Assembly: GCA_052426225.1 (NCBI GenBank)
Contig: JBNJNM010000015.1
Location: forward strand, 558,001-622,000
Reading direction: 5' to 3'
DNA: 64,000 bases
Source: Zancudomyces culisetae HAW-14-8
Lineage: Eukaryota > Fungi > Kickxellomycota
Shown here: positions 37,759-51,105 of the stretch, piece after piece
Numbering within the stretch: position 1 is the first letter of the stretch
How the letters are laid out: every line of letters starts with the position of its first letter
Notes under the pieces: generated by a model
What the model saw: only the letters and a program-made list of their open reading frames with translations
Databases searched by the model: none
Told to the model about the DNA's origin: nothing
Program-made: the position numbers and the translations under genes

Positions 37759-39339
37759 GATTTCTAACTCTTTAAATTGAAATAATCTATTACTTTAGAA
37801 CCAAGTTTAGTTGGTAGTAAAATTGTTTTTATTTATCTAGAACTTGTGCTTGAATAAAGTGTCAATCACATCACCAAAGCTGGTAAACATATCCTGCTTT
37901 GAAATGATTATAACTGCGATCTACTCACACTAAGGTAAATATATTTTAGTTTGAACAAGAATGTTTTCATACTGCAACGAGTCTACTGAGCACCATTATG
38001 TCTGGTAGGTAAAGAATATCAAATAGTATATATCAAACCTATTCCTTTCTGCCCCATTAGAAACTCCATACCCACAGGTTATTGGTTTGAAATGTTTATT
38101 TCTACTCTGAGTCAATCTAAGATAATAACACTCGCTCGACAGACACCATTCTAAAATTTTACTGTGCTCTGCTTGACCAAGGATAGTATTTTGTCTTGTC
38201 TCTTGTTTATAGGTAGAGTAACCAGCCCTTGCGACTCCTCTCCAAGGATTCCACCCACAATAAATTATTCTACGCTTGTCTCCCCCTACTCTCATTACAT
38301 TTCCCTTTTTCAGTTTTTTGATAACTTTGTGATGTATTGTTCCAAATACGCTTTCTTAACTGAAACTCATCTATTTCTGCCAAAAATTATGATCTATCCG
38401 GTTTTTTTACACCAAAAAACGACCAAGTACTGATAGTTTACTTATTACTGGTGTAGTTGAGTATCTTTTTAGAGCTTCATCCATTTAGTCAAACACCCTG
38501 AATTTAATTTTAATTTACTCAACATTGATAATATTTACTAGTTTGTTATGATTTACGCTACCCTCAATTTTGATTTTCCCTCCCTTTATATAATATACTG
38601 CAAATCTTATTCTCCTTTACAATCAAACATGTATCTCTCAACTAAAATAACAGTAATTTAAACCATTATCATCACGTACTCTCGCCTAATCAAACCATAT
38701 TAACTCAGTTCTCACTCCTATTCTGCGATTTTTTTTACTTTTTTTATTAAACAAAGACACTTAAATTAATATATTTTAGCAAACATATTACATAACAATA
38801 ATTTTTTAGGCACCAAGAATATTTATCCATGAGCAAGTGCCTAATTGTTTGTTTTCGTCTAATTCATTCCATATCTTTTCGTTATTTGTTTTTATATATT
38901 CTATCTCGTGTTAAATAATTTAAAACCCATCAAAAACTTATTAAATACGTTCTATAAACGTGTAGCGAGCAAGTGTCGTATACTGCTGCGATCAATATCT
39001 TTTGATTTTTTATGTATTCGTTCGTATCTGAGGAAACTTAATTTTATTGAAAAAGAGTATGGTTATAGTCCAGATAACTGAACGGCTTTTTAACTAAGCT
39101 TAACGAAGGTAGCTGAATATCAATTAACAATTGTGTATTATCATTCAACGGTTGTAGCAATGAATGGTAGTTCAACCCCGTTCTTTTTACAAAATCTAAA
39201 AAATGAATCCAAAATGCTATCTTATAACCAGTTCCTATAACTGGATTGATTATCCTTGTCTCACCCTTCAGATAGCATAAGAGCATTAACACCTTTTTTC
39301 TATTATTGAGTTTTCGCTTTCTTCAATTTAAAATAAACA

Positions 39340-40150
39340 GCTAGTATTTTATATCTTATACTTACTATTTGAGGTTAGTCGGGTCTACTGAGAATCACTG
39401 TCAAATGGGGTTGGGCGTAACTCCATCTTCTGTCGGTTTCTTCATTTGTAAAATGATTTGATCCACAATGTCAGCAAATGAATCATGTGATTCTTCGGAA
39501 TCTACTTTCATAGAAGTTGCTCCCGAGCAATCACTATCAGATTAATATTAGTACTCACATTTAGCTGTCTGGGTCAATGCGGTTCTTAGTTTACCCATCA
39601 AGTCTGACATGTTTGTGTGAGATTTTAATAGTTTTCTTCTTTATCTTTACACTTGATATTTATTAATTAGTCGTAGCACTATTCCAAATAAACTTCTTAA
39701 TTATTCTAAACCTGGATTTCTGTTCACAATTTTTAGTTATTTATTTTCGTATTTTTCTGATCAAAACTATTAAAGAGCTAAGGAATCCTCATCGAGTCTT
39801 CCTTTGCTTATATATATACTATTTCATTAAACCCACTAAAAACTAATTTAATTAACCTATGTTTCATATTGTTGTACTGGGTTGTTGCCTGTGGTTTCGC
39901 TCTTATATTCGTTTTCGTATCATTATTGTTCATATATTTGAATGTTGATTTACTTTAATCTTTTTAATTGCATTTTTCATTTTCTAATTTTTTTTTATTA
40001 TATAATTTTTTTTCAATTGATATAATTATCGTTGTATTTTCAGTGATCAACTTTTAATATAATTTTAGTTGATTGATTATGAGTAAATAAAATATTTATT
40101 TCAAATCGTTTAATCCCTAACTACATCGGGATACACACAACAGGACATTA
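39340..40150. repeat. Module B, copy 2
   Basis: Homologous to 33400-34225 and abuts module A copy 2. Confidence 0.8.
39367..39610 (-). pseudogene. Family B paralog with premature stops
   Basis: MSDLMGKLRTALTQTAKCEY*Y*SDSDCSGATSMKVDSEESHDSF aligns without gaps to MSGLMGHLRAAIIQRFKDEGRYSSDSDRSEATSMEIEPEASRDPF. Confidence 0.8.
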
Positions 40151-40174
40151 GTTTATATAGTTGGATTTAATATT

Positions 40175-42790
40175 TAAAAAGATTTACTTTGAGATAATTT
40201 AACCCAATTTATGTAAACTTGAATTGTTTGACTAGTTTTATGGTAATGGTTTAATAAAGAAAATAATACTACATTTAGGAAAGACTATTTGATTGATAAT
40301 GAATTCTGGTACACAAATTTTTGTACCTGGATTACTGATGATAGTTTTTATTAAAAGATGATTTGAGCTTTAAAACAATTACGAGAAATCCTAAAGAAAT
40401 TATATTTCCGAAATGTATACACTCTACGTTGTGCCTATTTTCTACTACCAAGCTTACAGAAGTGTAGTTGAACTAATTGCTAATATCACGATTATTATTT
40501 TTGCTTTAGTACTAGGTTTATTTAAAAAATAAATTCGTATTAATACTAAAATCTAAATAACGAAAAAGTAAAGTAAAAATTAACACCCGTTCCTTCTTCT
40601 CCGGTTCCTTACCCTCCTACATGTGTAAAACGTACATTATGATTGTTGTATAAAAACCACATAAGGTTGGCCGAAAATGGAAATTCATGAAATCAAGGGG
40701 TCCTTAGCGAATGTGTAAAAATTACACATTCAAATCGCCTTCGAGTTTCTCCATCTTTTGACCATCGGGATCGAGATTATCCAATAGGTTCCTTTCCAGA
40801 GCTAATGTTCTGGAATCGTTCTTATTATATTTAAGATGTAGTTCAATTAGCTTTAATTTGATCTCTTGTTTAATCCGGGATTGTTCTTGTTTACTCCGGG
40901 ATAAATATCTTCGGTATTCTAAATAAAAATACCCCAACGAAATCATCACCAGTAAAATTGGATATTCTACCGCAATTAATCCTAGTAAAAATTTCATATC
41001 CATGGTTATTAATATAAAATTGAAGATAAAAATCAACTTTAGATTTAAAAATATTACTAGTGTAAAGTTTATTAGCCACTTTATCGTGGTTGAAGATGGC
41101 CTTTTTATACTTATGATGGTTGTCATATTCTGTACCGGTGAAGTTTTTATTCCAGTTATAGTTATATTCTATCTTGTTATTTTCTATATAATAAACAAAC
41201 TTTAGATATATGCAAAATATAATGAACTTTATTGTTATATATTCAAAGTCCGATAATTTTTAAAAATGGATAAGCATTTATTCAACATCAATAAATATTT
41301 CAATGAACTCTTTGTGAACTGAATGAGCAAATGTATTGTATATGTAGAAAAAAAAGATGGAATTTATGATTCCAGTGATGTTCCAAACTTAGAATAGTTG
41401 TTTAGATTGATTTTATTGTGGTGCTAGCATTGCAGTGAAAGTTTAGCATTAGTAAATTCTTCATCAAAGACAATTTCATCTTTTTTGCAAGTGTTGAAAA
41501 AAGGAATTGAAAGTAAAAGAATTTGGTAACCAACACTATTTTTTAAACAGTGGTCTTAATTTCATATACCAATACTCAATTGTAAAATGTTTCTTTTTGT
41601 TAAAAGAAAATCATCATAGTAATTGACTATATCACTAAATTAATCAATAAATTGTGATTCTGTTTTCTTGAAAGCCAAAACAGTTTAGTTGTAAAATCCA
41701 GCGGATTGTTTATGTATTAAACAGCTATTAATAAATACCAAATAATGCTATGTGTTCAGCTCTATTGTAGCTACAAATCCCAAAGCCTAGTTGAACAGTT
41801 ACTACAGATGGTTATACCCCTAAAAGCATATTTGATCTTACGACTTTTTTTTGTTCCCCTTTACAATTGCTATTATTTTGAAGAACCATTTACTTTGTAT
41901 AAAAACAAATAGTTTATGTTTTGAAATACAGTTCTTTATGGTAAATACCCCCCAAAAAACATATAACCTAGTTACTGCTCTAGAGTTAATGCAAACATCC
42001 AGTTACCGATAATAGTAATTCTAAACCAAAACATAATCGACTTTTCGGTATGATTCTATATGCTTAATTTATGCTGATACTCAGGTTCTGTCATGCTTTT
42101 TTTACAATACCAATTTATTCATTATTACATTCAACAGGGTTTAGCTCACTATAGAGATTGTTATTAAGCACTACTGGAAAGAGAAAACTCACCATCTAGC
42201 GCTCTATGTACCATCGATTCAAATAGTCTTTAAAAAAAGTACTTTATGCTTCATTTGAAGATCACAAAAATTTCTATACCTCTTTTCTAGGTTCAGATCT
42301 CGAAACTATTACTTCTCTTTTGATCCGAGTAGGACATAACTTTTCTTTATATCCCACTAATATTTAGCTGTTTATTTTGTCAAGTTATTTTGTTGAACAA
42401 AATTAGATCAGCATTCTCAAATATAGTCATTCATTCAACTGTTATATACAAAATATTGATTTTCCGAAAATACCAGAAGTTGGTCTAGTCAACATTATAT
42501 TGAATTATCGCGTTATATACTGTAGTTCTTGAGTAGTGATTTTGTTTCTGCAAAATTGGATGTGTGAATATTCAATGTAACTTTCATCACTAATATATGA
42601 ACAACTACAGTATTTATGGATGGGAGAATGGAGTGGGATAGTTTGAAGGAGATGGTCGTATATGAAGGCAGTTATTTTTAAATTTGAACAGCGAATATGC
42701 CTATTAAATAGTTTCATAACTTTGTTAATAATCATTTTTTTCTTTCTTTTTCTTTTATGATGTATTTTTTCGGCTACTGTTAAAAATAAT
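40175..42790. repeat. Module A, copy 2
   Basis: Direct-orientation homolog of 30760-33030 with extra sequence at about 40420-40700. Confidence 0.9.
40722..41126 (-). CDS. Orphan small membrane protein, family A copy 2
   Basis: MTTIISIKRPSSTTIKWL vs MATSSSIKRSSSTTIKRL; VEYPILL vs IEVPVIL; RIKQEIKLKLIEL vs RIESKLKLLEI. Confidence 0.7.
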   Translation of the reverse strand: MTTIISIKRPSSTTIKWLINFTLVIFLNLKLIFIFNFILITMDMKFLLGLIAVEYPILLVMISLGYFYLEYRRYLSRSKQEQSRIKQEIKLKLIELHLKYNKNDSRTLALERNLLDNLDPDGQKMEKLEGDLNV

Positions 42791-43244
42791 CCCCCCAAAA
42801 ATAATAAAGCTCACTTTACTTGGAAGCAATAAAACGGAAATATATCTACTCGTTAGTATTTGTATCAAATCCGAAATAAGGAGCATCGTGTTAAAATGAA
42901 AATAACATACTTTTAATTATTAATTATTAACACTGGTGTTGTAGTTGGTGTTGGTATAGCAAATATTCAGATTTTTCGTATGTCTAAAATAAAACTAGTA
43001 TTGTTTTAGCCATATTGAACAAATAGACGAAAATGCAATCACAAATAATATTAATACTGATGTTGCATAATGCCCATCCGCTCTAAATCTCCAAATCACA
43101 ACACTTCATAAATTATACTAATTGGAAAAAAGATAACAAAGTATAATTGCATCTAGGTGGCGAATCACTTTTCATTTATTTCACAACACTCAACTCAGGC
43201 TTTAAATAAAAGTAAAGTGATAAATTAATTGAAAAGTAGAAATA

Positions 43245-44633
43245 TCAAAAGCAATATGTTACTACAGTCGACGATATCGCTAGTAGCACTATCCCCGCAA
43301 CCGCATCCAAAATGTAATGGTTTCCAGTAATTACAATACAATACACTGTCGCAATAGGGTATAAATACACTAGTGCAATAGCCACTATTCGGAGTCTAAG
43401 CATCCCACCGATAACTGTCGCCATATACTTACTGATACTACCGCCATTCCGATTAAAACCTAACATTCTAGTTGAAAAGGATTTAGATTGGGCGCGGAAT
43501 ATCGCATCCACTAGTGAATGACACACCATTGCTACCCATAAAGCTACCATGGTGTGTTGGCTGGGCATTGCTGCATAAGGATTGTTGAGTGCCTGCACTG
43601 TTTGATCCTTCCACGAAAAGAATCTGGATCCATATTTATCAATTGTATCTATAAACCCAAACATCGGAACATTCCCGGAAATCTCCATCATCCCCTCGCC
43701 GTCTCCAATGACCATTTTTCCTAATGTGTAGATACATCCACCCAGTCCAATCCCATCAAGATTCATTGCATCACATTCCGACAATAGTCTTGGCGGCATT
43801 GTTGGAATCAATATGAATCCCAGCACTGAAAGAAATTCAGCCAGTACAAACACCGACACGTAGTAACGGTATCTATTTAGGGCATTTTTGACGCTAAACA
43901 ACTTGCCAATCTCTATATCTTTGAAATTTTCCACTCGCTGATTCCTATTTCCATACAAAGACCCACGCTCCAACTCTGGTGATGTTGGTTCATCCAATTG
44001 TCGGTATCGATATGTATTTTGGTTGCCATTTAATATATTTATTCCATTGAAAAGCTGGCCTTCCTCTTTCTCCTGGTGGTCATCATAAAACTCTTCTTGC
44101 TCCAACAATTTGCTGTTTGTCATGCCGCTATCATTTCTGCGGCTTCTAGGGCTCTTAATCACAAAGGCATCATTCCCTTCCTCAACCATTTCCATAACCT
44201 GAACATTGTCTACCTCCATCTCAATCCCAATCTGTGTTTCGATTCGGCCTTGCTCCCATATTTTCTGTCTAATCCGTTGTTGCTGTCGATAATACGCCAC
44301 TCCGAATGCAAATCCCAAAAATAATAATGTAGTAATGCAAACTGCGGGATGTGCAAATGCATAATAATCGTTCCAAAACTTGATTCGCGATGTTACTTTC
44401 TCCGGGTTCTCACCACTCAATGCCCACTGCTGGATGCTTTCCTCAACAAACATTCCTAGGGCCTTTTCGATCTCTGTTATCCGTACTCCGTTTCGTATCG
44501 CCCTCGCCTTCATATTGGTAAACTCTGTTGTTTTTCCCAGCAGTATTGACGTTAGGAAGTTTGTCATAAATGCTGCGGCTATCACCAATATGTTTAGTAT
44601 TACCAGTATTATGCCTCTAGTTGTCATCTTCAT
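43245..44633 (-). CDS. PAP2_3 family integral membrane phosphotransferase (Aur1/Ipt1-related)
   Basis: PTMPPRLL, NPYAAMPSQH and VITGNHYILDAVAG motifs, with multiple TM helices. Confidence 0.8.
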   Translation of the reverse strand: MKMTTRGIILVILNILVIAAAFMTNFLTSILLGKTTEFTNMKARAIRNGVRITEIEKALGMFVEESIQQWALSGENPEKVTSRIKFWNDYYAFAHPAVCITTLLFLGFAFGVAYYRQQQRIRQKIWEQGRIETQIGIEMEVDNVQVMEMVEEGNDAFVIKSPRSRRNDSGMTNSKLLEQEEFYDDHQEKEEGQLFNGINILNGNQNTYRYRQLDEPTSPELERGSLYGNRNQRVENFKDIEIGKLFSVKNALNRYRYYVSVFVLAEFLSVLGFILIPTMPPRLLSECDAMNLDGIGLGGCIYTLGKMVIGDGEGMMEISGNVPMFGFIDTIDKYGSRFFSWKDQTVQALNNPYAAMPSQHTMVALWVAMVCHSLVDAIFRAQSKSFSTRMLGFNRNGGSISKYMATVIGGMLRLRIVAIALVYLYPIATVYCIVITGNHYILDAVAGIVLLAISSTVVTYCF

Positions 44634-47565
44634 GTTGCTATTACTCTTATTTTGTTTTTCTTTTCTTTTTCTGTTTGCTTATGCAGCTTTTACCAGTAAT
44701 AAATTATTAGAGCTCTTTCGCTTCACTCCTTCGTCTTGGTTTTATTATCATGTACAAGACTTCTGCTTTGTTTGTTTTCTTTCCTCTTTTTTCACTGATT
44801 ATAAACCCCTAGCGCCCAGTTCCACCCACAGATCCGCTACAATTACTATTTTTCCCGTTCAAAAGTGTCAAGCAAAAGTTGACAAGTCGCCAAGATATAT
44901 GACTCAACTAGAAGGGTGTATAAATATATGGCGAGAAAGGCTATCACAAAACTATGTTAAAACACACGGCTGCACCTATAACTACTATCCTTTTCTGAAG
45001 CAAGTAGTTCTTGTAATTTCTTTGCAATATGTTACTGTCTTCCAAATTAAATTTATATTACCAATACCAATTATCCTTATCTTTTTTTTTCACGAACCTG
45101 AATATATATGTTTTTATTATTCTAAACACAAATTATACCCAAAAATTTTTGAACATTTCTTGGTATTCATGTTTACTACAAAAATTTTTATTAAGGGTTC
45201 CATAAAAAAAAAGATCACGGATTTATTTGCCTAGAAAAATAAGCATTTTATTCGCCTGATTATTGTTTTTTGTCTGTATTTTCCTAGCTTTTGTTGACAT
45301 GATAGCAATATTTAAAACAATGTGCTTATTAATTAAAAAATTTAATGGCATAACTACTCTCGTTTTTTTTAGCTTTTATTTTTTATTGATAACTGTATCC
45401 AATTTATTATAAATATTTTGCCTCACTAGCCTATGGTTTATTGGATTAATTTTTTTACGTAAAATTACCGTTTCAATTACGCAGTTTATCGAGTATTTGC
45501 AAATCCATTTATCCCACCCTAAACTTATTACTATTGCTCTAACTTAAAGAGCAAACCGGAAAATTCTAAACCAGAAAAACTTACTAAACACGATTTTAAA
45601 GGCGCAGCTTTTAGCGGACTAGCCTTTCTCTTATGACTCTCAATCCCGGGTATATACCTTGAGATATTAGATCACCCACCCCACTCTGTCTTGTAAATAT
45701 ATTTTTATTTGTAATCTTTTTAAACTTCTAGTACAAGTTGCAAATTCATTTGCCGTACTTTCCGAGATCACCCCCGTATTGATTCATGTTATTTCCTCAC
45801 TTCTCAGCAAATTACACTCTTTTTGCTTGATTAATAATCCATTAATCGTTGCAATTGTGCTTGCTATTCTAATTTTTAAAATACCATGACCCTTCTATAC
45901 AGTATTTTTCTAAATATTATCCCCCCCCTGGTTTTGGACTATTCTGGAAAAGTGTTATTTTATCTTCAAACTCTATTTTACCAACAGCAACTTGCATTCA
46001 TAAACAATAACGTAAATAGGAACATTTCATAAGACTTTGTTTATTTAAAAATATACGTGTGGTATCTTATTACCCCCTCCCCACATCAACTTCCTTTGCC
46101 ATCTTAGATTTGTACCAATTAATACCAATCTTGGTTTTTAATTTAAACAAAGTGTATTTATTACTCTTTGAAGATGAAGGGAAGGATATGATTATGGTAA
46201 CAGGAGAAGCAAAAGTCTAAATAACTACCACCTGATTATCCACACCAATTACCTCCAACTCAACACTTGTTCTATTTTTTTTCATTTTGATTTATTTTTT
46301 ATAACACAAATCTATTTTCCCTCCAACCCCACTCGCTAAAAGGGAATTGCTTTCCTATTGTGTTCTCCATATTTTTTTTCCGTGTTGTGTTGCGTTAACA
46401 ATGGTTTGAAATTGTGTTGAGTTGTCGTTTCCTTATCCACGTCCATTCACAATTTATAGCCACCAATCCCTCACTTTCTATCCACTTTCACCAACTGTAA
46501 CCATTATTACCTCATAACCACTAAAATAAATTAAACTGGCGAATAATCATGTGTCTATAATTGCAACCCAAACGTTTTAAATACTACAACACTTTGAAAA
46601 AACAGTTAAATTATCCAATTAAAAACAATATTGCCCATTAAAATTCTGTTTTAGTTTTAGTTTTAGTTTTAGTTTTTTTTCGCTCCATTAAATACACTTA
46701 TACCTGAATTAAAAAAGCAACTGTTCAAACCTAAAACATTCTAATTACTCTTAGCGTGCCCATCACTATTGTCAAAATAAAAGTCTCAAATTTGCGTGAA
46801 TGGATTGCACCGAATAAAAAATATACATTACATTGGCTGCAATGTATGAAAAGGTGTTGGTAATTCCGATATATATCCTGTGACCTAAACATTGTTCTCA
46901 TCTCCCCCCCCATTCCATTCCCAGCCATTTTGCCCACGATTTTTTTGTCATATCGATTTTCTAATGATTTCACATGCTAGTTAGTTGCTGTTGCCAAGAA
47001 ATAAGCTAAAAAAATTTTGGGAGAAAGTACGAGATAGTGTGGTGTTTAAGCTGGATGGTCTAAAAATAATACAAAGAAAAATAAGACTTACAAAATAAAT
47101 CATCTTTTTGAAACTCGCTTAAAAAAAAGTACACGCTTGGGTGCTAATTATGAATTATGTGAACAAGCACCTACATTTCTCCATTGTTATGGCTACGCAG
47201 TATTTAGCATGGTGGTATTGCTATCTACAATCAAGAGAATCCATCTCTTTAAAGAGGTATCTTTTTTTGAAAAAAAACAACAATAGAGCTATTAACAGCG
47301 ACATATTGTCCGGAAACCTTGGTCCGTTCAAATATACCATTGCTTTCTCGAGTTGACAACGGCATATCGTTCGTTACTAAAAGTATAATATCTTATCTCT
47401 GACGACACCATTGTTAGTAAACTGCTAACCAAGCAGCAACGCAAAAATATGTGAACTGAACAACTCATTAACAAATAAAACCACTCTTAATACACCTCCT
47501 AAAAATAAAAACATCACAAAGGACAATTAGAACAATTAGATAAGCAAGTATAAAAATAATACAAC

Positions 47566-48681
47566 TCAAAACGACAAACTAGATGATGGGCAAAGTTTTC
47601 CAACAGGACAAACATCACATTGAGGTTTCTTTGCAGTACAAACAGTCTGGCCCAAACCAACAAGCAGCTTGTTGATTACTGGCCACTCATCTTTGGGTAG
47701 CCATGACTCCAGATCAGTTCTAACAAGCTCTGGTGTATTAGAACGTGTGTTTGCCCATCCAAGTCTATGTGCTATTCTAAACACATGTGTATCTACGCCA
47801 ATTCCTGAGTTCGAATTCCAAGCAGCTTGTAGGGCTAAATATGCCATCTTTGGTCCAACTCCTGGCAAATCTAATAGGCCCTTCAGAGTATCAGGAATAT
47901 CAGAATCAAATTTCTCAATACAAATCTTTGATGCTTGAATCAGATACTGGGCCTTTCGATTCCAAAATCCTACCATTCTGATCGATTTCTTGATGTCTTC
48001 TATATCTGCTTTTGCTAAATTCTCGGGTGTTAACCCTCCAAGATCATTATCTAGTGCATTTACTGCGTTGGAGGTCAATTCATCCCTAGTTTGAGAAGAT
48101 AACATTAGCGATACCAATGTCCGAAACCGCCTTTCCTTTGCGGAAAGCCCTTTGTCACCTATTGCCTCACATCCGACAACATCAACTGGAGCGACATTCT
48201 TTGCTCTGTAGTTCTTGATTTTTTCTAGTATTTCCTCCCAGCCATCTAATATACGAACATAAATTTATTCACTTTGTACACTTTTCGCAGTGAAATTCAC
48301 TAAACACCTTTTTTACATATATTCTTAGTTTTTAAAAGGTATTTACTCACCAGTATTCATTTCTGCACCTTCTGTTTTGGTTGTTTGTTTCTGCCTTCTT
48401 CCTCCTGCTTTAGGTTCGAGCTTAACCTTTTTAGACACAAGATCCTCGTTAGGCTCAGATCTAATGTTTTTTTCGTCACCACTTCCATCACCGCCTTTGT
48501 AATTATTATCACTCTTATTATTGCTCAAACTCGTAGTACCATTCGATGCAACATGCTCCCTCTCTTGTTTGATTTTCACTCGTTTTTTTCTGGAGCTTGT
48601 GCTCGGAATCGAATTTGTATTTCCCACGCTACTTTGCCCAATCAGGGATGAAGCTATTTTATTTGAAGATCGGAGCTTCAT
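47566..48681 (-). CDS. NTH1: Endonuclease III-like DNA glycosylase/AP lyase; exons 48681-48351, 48245-47566
   Basis: APVDVVGCE, LMLSSQTRDE, HhH LPGVGPKMA, GIGVDTHVFRI, and 4Fe-4S motif C-x6-C-x2-C-x5-C. Confidence 0.93.
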
Positions 48682-49034
48682 ACTGTTATTCCTCCTCTTT
48701 CTTGTACAAACGCTTTTAATTCCTGACTGCGTTTTTAATGCATAAATAATACAATCTGAGCATTCAATACCTGAAACGGAAAATGGGGCATAAAGTCAGG
48801 AAATATATAGAACAAGAAAATTGATTTTAAAGGACAGGCCTTCCCTCATTCGTTCAAATTTTCTATAAAAAAGAAATACCTTGAAACCATGAGGCTTTGA
48901 TCAATTCTTTAAACCCAAATTACATTCTAATCATCCATTCAATATAGATACGAGTGATATTATTATGTGTTAAAAAAATTGTACTAAATATGATAGCAAA
49001 AATAAATAAATCCATAGGTATAAAGGTAAACAAA

Positions 49035-50641
49035 TCAAGAAGATATGGCTGCTACATTTGCCCAAGTGCCACTGTTTGTTTTGGACCATAATACAGTGCT
49101 TCCATCATCGCCACAGCTTACAAGAACCGAGCCCACAATGTTCCATTTGAGTTTACGGATGGGTAGCCTATTGTGGCCATTTAGCTCGGCAAGCAACTGA
49201 ATCTTTATATTCTCTTGTGGCTTAAACAGCGAATTTTGAGTGGTATCAGGAGGCTGCTCGTCAAGCGCAACACCAATAGGAACACCGGAGACTGAGTTTA
49301 CCTCCAATGCTGCCGCTTTTGTAGTTCCGTCGACTATAGTCATAGGTTCCTGTGTTTGAACATCGAGAGCACGTGTCTTATCTGCAGGAGTAGCATCTTT
49401 ACTGGTTAGTTGCAACACAGAAACATCGTTGGAATCAAAAACTTTTGGAATTGGCGGTTCAATGCTGTTGGTACTCTGATCAAAAAGCGAATCTAGATCA
49501 AATTTGACAGGATCGATTGAAGAACTGGTATTGATCCTGTAAATACGTACAATACCATCAGCACACCCTGTAGCTATCAAATGAAAAGACCTTCCCATTT
49601 GAGGTGCCCAACTCACGCATAAAATATCCGAACGATATTTCGCAACGTCGAAATAATGCACCCAGTTATTTCGAATATACCTGAATACACGAACTTGACG
49701 AATTCTGTTACAACCAACCAACATCATTGTGGCTGGTTGTAGTCTCTCTTCGCACCAGGAGATACACAGCGGCCCATCCGAATCTTTGAGTGTTATCCCG
49801 TCTGCTGCATCAAGCTGTGCTGAAACTCGCCAGTTCTGCATATTCGGTGCTTCTTCGGGTGAGTAGACTCTAACCTGTCCGTCTGAGCTTGCGGCTGCCT
49901 GTATTTTATAAGGATCCGTTAGTAAAAGCAGCTGGTAGTGCCAGTACACTATTGTTTCCGATACAGTAATAAAAGATGTATAAACAGTACTTACCAACTT
50001 TAACCCTAAAAATACAGGTGAAAAACATACATTGTGAACTGCCGCGGGACTATCAATTAGTTTGGCAGCACATATCCATCGTTGCCCACTATTTTTCCTG
50101 TCTATTCAAATATAGATACGTTTCTGATTTACTTTGTTTGAAAACACCATCATGTAAACAAAAAGATTCAATTCCATTTTCATTTTTTTGAAGGAAAAAC
50201 AAACAGCAGTACCAATAACAATCATCGTTTAGGAATTTACACTTACTGTTTTCTTGTTCAACCCAGATTTTAACTGTGCGATCCCAGGAGCTGGAGGCAA
50301 TAATACTACCAAACTCAGGATGACACCATGCTATCGATAGCACCGAACCATTATGAGCCTACTTTAATATATCCAAGAAAGACATTGTCAATCTACGCCT
50401 TCGTTGCATTTCTAAAATAAAGACCCTCTCCCCACATTTTAAATCCCACAAGTTTAACCTCATTACACGGAAAACTGACCTTCCAAAAATCATTTATGAC
50501 CCAACCATCTGTACTCTCGTCCAAGTCCCAAACCGCAATCCTCTTGTCCGAGCTACAGGTCGCCAATCTAGTTCCATTAAAATTATATTGAATGTCGTGA
50601 ATGACTTCGTCGTGAATGGTCTGCAAGTTTTTTAGACTCAT
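49035..50641 (-). CDS. SEH1: WD40 nucleoporin/SEA complex subunit Seh1; exons 50641-50480, 50358-50247, 50101-49995, 49898-49035
   Basis: HDEVIHDIQYNFNGTRLATCSSD, WK|AH..SV..IAWCHPEFGSIIASSSWDRTVKIW.EQ, SWAPQMGRSFHLIATG, WNIVGSVLVSCGDDG. Confidence 0.9.
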
Positions 50642-51105
50642 TTATTATACATTTGTTTAGAGTTTACTGTCAGTCTATTTCGTTTTCTGATTTATTGCGT
50701 ATAATTTCTAGGTCCAGAAGAATAAAGGTATGCATATACTGTTATGTGGCCCTGAAATTGGCAATTTTTTAGAGCTTAAATGAAATCAGCAAAACAGCCA
50801 ACAACAAACTCGGATTTTACAAGGATATTTTCCAATGATTTATTTTTTCCATATTTTCATTTCTCCGGCCACTAGGAAACGAGCCAAAGATAATTAATAT
50901 TTGAAAAAACTACTGGTGTTTTTATAGGCCCGCTGTTTGAATTATTCGCTTTATTTTTTTTTACATGGTTATAATAAATTCAGAGCTAGCATTATATAAA
51001 CAACAGATTCGAGATTGCGGTTTTACTGCCGAGTCACCGAAATAGCCAGCATCTCATACCCCATCTAGTGTATACTCAAACGAAAAATATCAGCATTAAA
51101 GCACA

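Noticed and set aside
37489-39550. In-frame TAA codons as evidence of stop-codon reassignment
   Set aside because: Conserved genes here (CBP20, RPB6, PSF2, aminopeptidase) end in TAA at the expected positions, and the stops in pseudo-B align to unrelated residues.
44380-45234. 284-aa + strand ORF
   Set aside because: It has a non-ATG start, is antisense to the PAP2_3 gene, and runs into its AT-rich promoter with no motif.
47139-47180. Hairpin GGTGCT...AGCACC followed by ACATTT, resembling an H/ACA snoRNA 3' half
   Set aside because: There is no clear 5' hairpin or H box and no plausible target uridine.
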